Assembly: GCF_006345805.1 (NCBI RefSeq)
Contig: NC_043014.1
Location: 41,602,001-41,666,000 of the forward strand
From: Octopus sinensis
Taxonomy: Eukaryota
DNA: 64,000 nt
Direction: 5' to 3'
The notes beneath the pieces are model-generated. The model was given only the letters and a program-made list of their open reading frames with translations. It ran no database searches and was not told the origin of the DNA. Shown one piece after another: positions 55,562-64,000 of the stretch (within the stretch, counting starts at the first letter, position 1; the number at the start of each line of letters is the position of its first letter). Position numbers and translations under genes: made by a program.

Positions 55562-55711
55562 TATAATAATAAAATAATAATAATAATAATAATTATAATA
55601 ATAATAATAATAATAATAATTATAATAATAATCATGATAATAATAATATAATAATAATAATAATAATATATAATAATAATAATAATAATTATTATTATAA
55701 TAATAATAATG

Positions 55712-55766
<55 letters not shown>

Positions 55767-55802
55767 TAATAATAATAATAATGATGATAATGATATAGGT
55801 GC

Positions 55803-55958
55803 AGGAGTGGCTGTATGGTAAGTAGATTACTTACCAACCACATGGTTCCGGGTTCAGTCCCACTGCGTGGCACTTTGGTCAAGTATCTTCTACTATAGCC
55901 TCGGCCCACCAAAGCCTCGTGAGTCGATTTGGTAGACGGAAACTGAAAGAAGCCCGTC

Positions 55959-55996
<38 letters not shown>

Positions 55997-56081
55997 CAAT
56001 TCAATAAATAAAGTATATGCATACATACATACATACATACATACATATCTGTACGTACCTACATCTATATGTATATATACA

Positions 56082-56133
<52 letters not shown>

Positions 56134-56702
56134 TACAGGACACCACAAATAAACGTAGAACACAACGAGAAACGAAAACATAAAATCAAACTAGGAAACG
56201 GACTTTTTTTTTAACAACGAAAAAACAGAGTACAAGACAAACAATACAAGGAATATTCCCCTTTATCAGCTGCCCCTGGTTCGACTCAATGCGTGTTTCG
56301 AAGGTAAGGGCAGAACATGATCCGGCCGAAGCAGTCCTTCCTGCAAAATGAATTAAATAAAATTCTTTTGCAGAGGGGTAAAACAAGGAAAGAAAAAAAG
56401 TGACAAGAACAGACGTAAAAGCAATGCAAATAAAATACAGTGCACATAAAGAATAAAAACAGGACAATGAAACCAGCATTGAGGGCTTATATATACATGT
56501 GTGTGTGTATGCATGTGTGTGTGTGTGTTGTGTATCTGTGTTTGTCCACAAACATCGCTTGGTGTGTTTACGTCCCCGTAACTTAGCGGTTCGATAGCAT
56601 AAGTACTAGGCTTACAAAGAATAAGTCCTGGGGTCGATTTGATTCGACTAAAATCGATGCTCCGGCATGGTCGCAGTCAATTGACTGAAACAATTAAAAG
56701 AA
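55803..56702 (+). mobile_element. SINE family C split in its internal (TA)n by a ~330-bp insertion (56130-56465)
   Basis: Head 55803-55960; tail 56535-56702; the intervening non-SINE segment is bounded by TA repeats. Confidence 0.8.
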
Positions 56703-56729
56703 TAATAATGATTATGATGATGATGATGA

Positions 56730-56935
56730 TAAAGGTCCCAGGTTTTGCCTGAAGGGCAGCAAATTGGTGTTGGGGGTGGGAATGAACTGATTACATTGAA
56801 CCCAGTGTTTAACTGGTTCTTATTTTATCAATGCCCAAGGATGAAAGGTGGAGTCGACCTCGGCGGAATTGGAACGCAGAACGTAGCGCCAGACGAAATA
56901 CCGCCTGGCGTGCTAACGAATCTGCCAGTTCGCAG
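56730..56935 (-). mobile_element. SINE family A, B-tail (diverged)
   Basis: Reverse complement of head and core. Confidence 0.8.
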
Positions 56936-56950
56936 CTTTAATACTAAAAA

Positions 56951-56996
<46 letters not shown>

Positions 56997-57529
56997 CATA
57001 ATGCAGTACCAAGGAATGGCTTTCATGGCTTCCGTTCTTAACTCATCGGATGTGTTATAATACACATGTTTTGTTTTGGTATAAAAGATGAGCCACAGCA
57101 AATATTCTGTTCAGTACCATAAATTTGGTCGTCAATTGCTTGACCTAAACCATTTGAGCATGTCCCTTGGTGACAGACCCTTATCTGACGGATAGTATGC
57201 ATGCATGTATGCATATATACATAAAGCAAAGCAGATAAATTTGCATGTATATATATGCATACATACATGCATACATACAAAAATACCCTGTTGTTGATGT
57301 TGAAATTCCAATGAACGAGCCTTGGATCTAGGTTGGAAACCGGCTCTTTCTTTATTCGCAAAAAATTTTGAAATTAAACTGAATAATGACATACATAAAA
57401 TTATACATATATACATTTATACACACAAACATGCTACCCAGAAATACTCGGTTTCAGGGAGAAAGAGGAAAAGAAATTGACGCGGATTCTCCAAATGCTG
57501 TCGATTGCTGGCTGAATGAAATACCTTTT

Positions 57530-57760
57530 TCTTTACTACCCAAAAGGGGCTAAACACAGAAGGGAGAAACAAGGACAAACAAACGGATTAAGTCGATTAT
57601 ATCAACCCTAGTGCGTAACTGGTACTTATTTAATCGACCACGAAAGGATGAAAGGCAAGGTCGACCGCGGTGGAATTTGAACTCAGAACGTAGCGGCAGA
57701 AGAAATACTGCTAAGCATTTCGCCCGGCGTGCTAACGTTCCTGCCAGCGCGACGCCTTAA
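57530..57760 (-). mobile_element. SINE family A, A-tail monomer
   Basis: Reverse complement of 496-731 type. Confidence 0.9.
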
Positions 57761-57777
57761 AAAATATATATGTACTT

Positions 57778-58165
57778 GCTGTGTGGTAAGTAGCTTGCTT
57801 ACCAACCACATGGTTCCGGGTTCAGTCCCATTGCGTGGCAACTTGGCCAAGTGTCTTCTGCTATAGCCCCGGGCCGACCAATGCCTTGTGAGTGGATTTG
57901 GTAGACGGAAACTGAAAGAAGCCTGTCGTATATATGTATGTATGTATATATGTGTGTTTGTGTGTCTGTGTTTGTCCCCCAAGCATTGCTTCACAACCGA
58001 TGATGGTGTGTTTACGTCCCCGTAACTTAGCGGTTCGGCAATAGAGACCGATAGAATAAGTACTGGGCTTACAAAGAATAAGTCCCGGGGTCGATTTTCT
58101 CGACGAAAGGCGGTGCTCCAGCATGGCCGCAGTCAAATGACTGAAACAATTAAAATAGTAAAAGA
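57778..58165 (+). mobile_element. SINE family C
   Basis: Full head to tail; a further tail fragment lies at 58290-58462. Confidence 0.9.
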
Positions 58166-58784
58166 GTATAAGAGTATATATATATATATATATATATATA
58201 TACCATATGCATGTGTATGTATGTATGAATGTATGTATGTATGTGTGTATGTCCATGTGTGTGCGTGTGTCTTTGTGTGTGTGTTCGTCCGTTACCTGTG
58301 TTGATGTGTTTACTTCACTGTATTCTAATGGCTCGACAAAAGTGACCGATAGCATAAAAATAGAAAAATAATATTACAGGTCCATTGGTCGATTTGTTTG
58401 ACTAAAACCCGCAAAGGTGGTGCCCCAGCATGGCCGCAGTCAGATGACTGAAACAAGTAGAAGAAGAAAACAAACAAACGTGTAACTAAATTACCTCATC
58501 AATATAAATTGGGATTGAAGATTATTATTATGAGGAATCATAATAACCGTGGTAATATGCAACGAAATATACGCTAACCTCCAAAAAAGCTTGCTCTATT
58601 CAAAGGTTCCTTGATAAACATCGCAGATTTTCATTTAGATAATTCCACAAACGAGAGCAAAATATGGATCTATTTGACATGAAATCTAGTTTTCAGTATC
58701 GCATCTCGCATTGCAGTAGTCTTTGATGATTCAAAGCGCTTATACAGAAAACCAACATAATGTTAGCATTATTTTAAACCAATG

Positions 58785-59155
58785 TGCATATATATATGTG
58801 CGTATGTATGTTTATTTATGTATTCGCACACACAGTTGCAGTCATGCCTATATAGTTGTTTGGCTTTACCAATGTATTCGTATATATATATATATGCGTG
58901 TGTATGTTTATCTATGTATATGTATTCGCACACACAGTTGCAGTCATGCCTATATAGTTGTTTGGCTTTACCAATGTATTCGTATATATATATATATGCG
59001 TGTGTATGTTTATCTATGTATATGTATTCGCACACACAGTTGCAGTCATGCCTATATAGTTGTTATGCGTGTGTATGTTTATCTATGTATATGTATTCAC
59101 ACACACAGTTGCAGTCATGCCTATATAGTTGTTTGGCTTTACCAACGTATTCGTC
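58785..59155 (+). repeat. ~105-bp minisatellite, about 3.5 copies
   Basis: GTATTCGCACACACAGTTGCAGTCATGCCTATATAGTTG recurs four times; the third copy lacks the TTTGGCTTTACCAA segment. Confidence 0.9.
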
Positions 59156-60015
59156 TCTCATATTCTCTTTTATCTGTTTTTGTTTTCTTTGTGTGTGTGT
59201 GTGTTTGCTAAATAGTTTATCAGATAAACATTTTCTTTTTACTGATGTATATCGCGCGCATTAATGATTCATTTACAGGTAAGAACTATTCGTTATATGT
59301 AATTCCCGTGATGTTATATAATTTATAAAGCTCCCAATCCGTATTCCATATCATACGCATATACCAAAAAACAAAAAGAAACAAAATCGTAGTTCCTATG
59401 CACATAGATGTATCAAAGCGTACAGCACATGCAAATTCTTTGTCATTATATCGTCATATATTTTTGCGCGTGATTATATAATTATGTTTATGAATGAGTT
59501 TTCTCTGAGTCGTGTATTACTGCAAAGACGCACACATAAGTACACACAAGCACACACTCGCATATAAACACACACACACACCTACATAAAAAAATACACA
59601 TCTGTACCAAAAAAAAAAAACATATTTGAATGGGGCTATGCCTGAAATGACTTATGTTAAGATGCTGGCATGGATGATGGTTATCGTTCCTCTCGAGTCT
59701 GATTTATCGGTGTTATCTCCAAAATCGAACCCTTATTCCTAATTCTCATACACACGCGCGCGCACACGAACACACATTCATACACGTATAAATGTACGAA
59801 TGTGTCACTGATCGCAACATTCTACGATCAACTATTTAGTTCTGTATTTCATTTTATTTATTTGTTCATACTTATTAAGTTTAATTTTTGTGTTTTTTTG
59901 TTTTTAATCTTTGTATTAACATGAATGGATTTTTCTCTTTCACAGAGTATACATATAAACATATTCTTCTTAGCTGGATTTGTACAAAATATACGCCACA
60001 TGTATGAGCGTGCTT

Positions 60016-60089
<74 letters not shown>

Positions 60090-60338
60090 TAGATAGATAT
60101 ATAATAGATAGATAGATAGATAGATATATATAGATAAGTAGATAGATGGATAGATAGATAGTATATGTGTATGTATATGCTTACATACACACATACATAA
60201 TAATATCTACACATATGAATGTTTGTATGTATGAACATACATATATATATATACATATATATATACATATATATATACATATATACAAATATATATACAT
60301 TTACATACGTATATATACATATATATATATATTTATAA

Positions 60339-60375
<37 letters not shown>

Positions 60376-60384
60376 TATATATAC

Positions 60385-60416
<32 letters not shown>

Positions 60417-60430
60417 TATATATATATATG

Positions 60431-60523
<93 letters not shown>

Positions 60524-61429
60524 AATTCACGGTCTATCAATCAATATTTATGATCATGACAGATAAATATCGACATACTGATTTAAACTGTTACACACTT
60601 TGGCACTCTGGCACACACACAGAAACCCATTCACACATTCTACTACACACGCGCACAGACGCTCTCAATCCCACACACATACTTGTATATATAAAGAGAA
60701 ATAGAAAGCTAGATGCATATCTTTCGCTCTGTGTGAGCGTGCATGCTTGTGTGTGTGTGTGTGTGTTTGTAGTCTGCGTGATTCTGTGGTTTTGCTCGCA
60801 TGTATTTCTTTGACTGTGTCTGTGCGGCCAATGTGTCGAAGAAGAATTAGAAGTGACCTAATGCATGTTTCTGTATATGATAAGAAAATATACTCCAGCT
60901 TGAACTATGTTAAATATGATAAAAGAAACCAACAAACATAAATATTGTTTTGCATATGTATATACATACGTTTATATACAAATATCCGTGTTAGTTCTGC
61001 TCTGTGTGTGCGTGCGAATGAATATATAAAAAAGCGTTATGGCCAAAAAATGTAATGAACGATGTAATAAAGGATAAAAAAACCAAACATCTGATTCGAT
61101 CTCCAGCACATTCGTCCGCTTTGATTTGGTTTTCGCCTTTGTGATATTGTGGTTAATGTCGCCAGTCAAAGTTAACAATCTAAGTTCAATCCCATAGAAA
61201 AAAAGAAAAAAAAAAATTGAGCAAGGAGAAAAAAATAATAATAACACGAAAAAAAAACCCTTAAAAATATATTAAAAATATTTATAAAACCGCGTGCAAA
61301 TGCCATGTTATTTTAAACCCCTATCTGTTATCTTTCATTAAAAGTGAACAGTAAAATAAAGTTAACGGTTTTACTATGATAGATAATAGAGATACAAATG
61401 TGTTTTATGGCCCCCTCGACTCTTGATGT

Positions 61430-64000
61430 CGACTTCAGGGACAAGCCATGGTCTATGAAATATGTTCCTTCAGAATGCTTTGCACATGTGACGTATGTTG
61501 ACATACAGCAAGCACTAACGACTTCTGACATAATCAAGGGGTGAAAGGTAGCTGCTTGCTGATTTATGGTGGAGAGTAAATATCAGATCTTAATATCTTG
61601 GACGTATATTAGTTTGATGTGGTGCCCTTCTTACTAGACCATGTTTGATCGTTTCACCTCGATACCGACGCTGCATTTTTCGTGCTTGAAAATGCATATT
61701 CTCAGGGGCCCATAATACCTTATTGGGAATAGTTATAATGCCGATGAGGTCAAGGTTACGTCCATGTTACTGTTGTATTTACCATACATTTCCTAAGAAT
61801 GTTTATAGTGCTTTATTGCCCCAAGGAGACTGACCCGGGTTCGCCAGACTGACCTAGAACTAAAGAATTACGATGCCTCTCATGACCATATGCTCCTAGA
61901 ATTCTTTTTATCTTTATGGTGTGTGATTTGTTGCTTTGAAATTTACATTTTTAATAGTAGGAATCCTTTTGAGTATCATGTTTTTTTCTACTAAAAGCAC
62001 AAGGCATGAAATTTTTGGGGAGGGGGCCAGTCGAATAGATCGACCCCAGTACGCAACTGGTACTTAATTTCTCGACCCCGAAAGAATGAAAGGTAAAGCC
62101 GAGCTCGGCGGAATTTGAGATCGGAGCGCAAAGACAAACGAAATACCGCTATTATACCCGGCGTGCTAACGTTTCTTATTACTTTACTGCCCACAAGGGG
62201 CTAAACATAGAGAGGACAAACATGGACAAACGGATTAAGTCGATTAGATCGACTCCAGTGCGTAACTGGTACTTAATTTATCAACCCGGAAAGGATGAAA
62301 GGCAAAGCCGACCTCGGCGGAATTTGAATTCAGAACGTAACGGTAGACGAAATACCTATTCCTTTACTACCCACAAGGGGATAAACACAGAGAGGATAAA
62401 CAAGGACAGACAAACGGATTAAGTCGATTACATCGACCGCAGTGCGTAACTGGTACCTATTTAATCAACCCCAAAAGGATGAAAGACAGTCGACTTCGGC
62501 GGAAGTTGAACTCAGAACTTAACGGCAGACGGAATATCTATTTCTTTACTACCCTCACGGGGCTAAACACAGAGGGGACAAACAAGGACAGACAAACGGA
62601 TTAAGTCGATTACATCGACCCCAGTGCGTAACTGGTACCTATTTAATCAACCCCGAAAGGATGAAAGACAGTCGACTTCGGCGGAAGTTGAACTCAGAAC
62701 TTAACGGCAGACGGAATATCTATTTCTTTACTACCCTCACGGGGCTAAACACAGAGGGGACAAACAAGGACAGACAAACGGATTAAGTCGATTACATCGA
62801 CCCCAGTGCGTAACTGGTACCTATTTAATCAACCCCGAAAGGATGAAAGACAGTCGACTTCGGCGGAAGTTGAACTCAGAACTTAACGGCAGACGGAATA
62901 TCTATTTCTTTACTACCCTCAAGGGGCCAAACACAGAGGGGACAAACAAGGACAGACAAACGGATTAAGTCGATTACATCGACTCCACCGCGTAACTGGT
63001 ACTTAATTTATCGACCCCAAAAGGATGAAAGGCAAATTCGACCTCGGCGGAATTTGAACTCAGAACGCAACGGCAGACGAAATACGACTACGCGTTTCAC
63101 CCTGCGTGCTAACGTTTCTCCCAGCTCGCCGCCTTCCTTTGAGTATCATATTAAATTACCAGCAACGTACTTGTGTGTGTTTGTATGCGTGTATGCTTGC
63201 ACGCACGCTTGCAATAACAAGTAGATTCTGAAATGATACAGATTTTGAAGGGTAGGTTTGAAAATTATCATGTGACACTCAAATATTAATTTTTTAATCG
63301 AGCTGTAGAGAGAGAGAGAGAGAGAGAGTCACACTAACGTTTTCGTTAATTAGTTTCAACTTCTAACGCTTTTTATTTTTAAGTCAGTAAATGATTAGTG
63401 CTATGTGCGAAACTCTAGAGAGTTAAGTCTCTTTTGTAAACTCTCTGCCGATTAATGCATATACATGTGTGTGTGTGTGCGTACGTGCGTGTGTCCGTGT
63501 TCGCGTGCGCAGTGTTTGTGTATGTGTGTGCGTTTCTGTATTTAAGTTTTTATTTTCATTCGCGACAACTTTCCGTTAAAATCATCACCTCTTTGAAAAA
63601 GGTGAACGAATTTTTATGAAATAGACCTGTAACACAAGGCTGGAACTTTTAATCTATAGATACAAAACCTACCCAACAAACAACACTCAGCTGTTTTTAA
63701 AAATAGAGGAAAAGATATATCAGAAAAATATGTCACCGTAGATATTGTATTCTTGACTAAAAGACAGGATGGTCATGATTGGATTAACATCATACCTCTA
63801 TACCGGTGATTCTGAATCTTCTTTAACTACGGACTCCTTTGATTGGTATTTTATTCTGGTGGACCCCCATTGCCATTTGATGTTTAAAAACTAGTTTCTT
63901 TCAAAATCCCTATTATGTGTTACGTGCGTTTGTATAAGTTTGCAATATTGCTCTCTGAAAGAACATGTTTCGTGACCAGAAATAAGTTAAACTATGTAAA
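61430..64000 (+). pseudogene. TLR-like LRR relic running to an LRRCT at the window end
   Basis: MKYVPSECFAHVTYVDIQQ (61455-); SDLNILDVY*FDVVP (61583-); FDRFTSIPTLHFS (61644-61682); ELKNYDASHDHM (61857-61892); IITSLKKVN; KLVSFKIPIMCYVRLYKFAILLSER (63888-63962). Confidence 0.6.
61994..63133 (-). mobile_element. SINE family A hexamer: head, five A-tail units (182-bp period), terminal B-tail unit
   Basis: Equivalent junction motif at 62349, 62531, 62713, 62895; head CTCGCCGCC at 63125-63133. Confidence 0.92.

Overview
Eukaryotic, very AT-rich, microsatellite-saturated genomic DNA, most likely from an octopus (inferred from SINE families I recall as octopod OK/OR-type; not verified). It has one 100-N gap (14921-15020). 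No intact protein-coding gene is supportable, and nearly all long ORFs in the track are microsatellite read-through. Recognisable mobile DNA: three or four tRNA-headed SINE families (about 40 copies or fragments, several concatemerised), two maT/Tc1 and two mariner transposase relics, two non-autonomous Helitrons, two CR1-type and one RTE LINE 3' ends, three R4/Dong-like REL-endonuclease LINE ends sitting in (TAA)n, and a Penelope-like inverted repeat carrying a type I hammerhead ribozyme motif. The main unannotated signal came from hand translation of the 'unique' DNA between repeats. From about 3.3 kb to the window end it repeatedly yields + strand, stop- and frameshift-riddled leucine-rich repeats, LRRNT/LRRCT caps, transmembrane helices and three separate TIR-domain remnants. 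The window therefore looks like the decayed remains of a tandem, same-orientation array of at least 3 (by TIR count) and probably 6 or more Toll-like receptor genes, shredded by transposons and microsatellites. All motif calls were made by eye and need HMM or tBLASTn confirmation.
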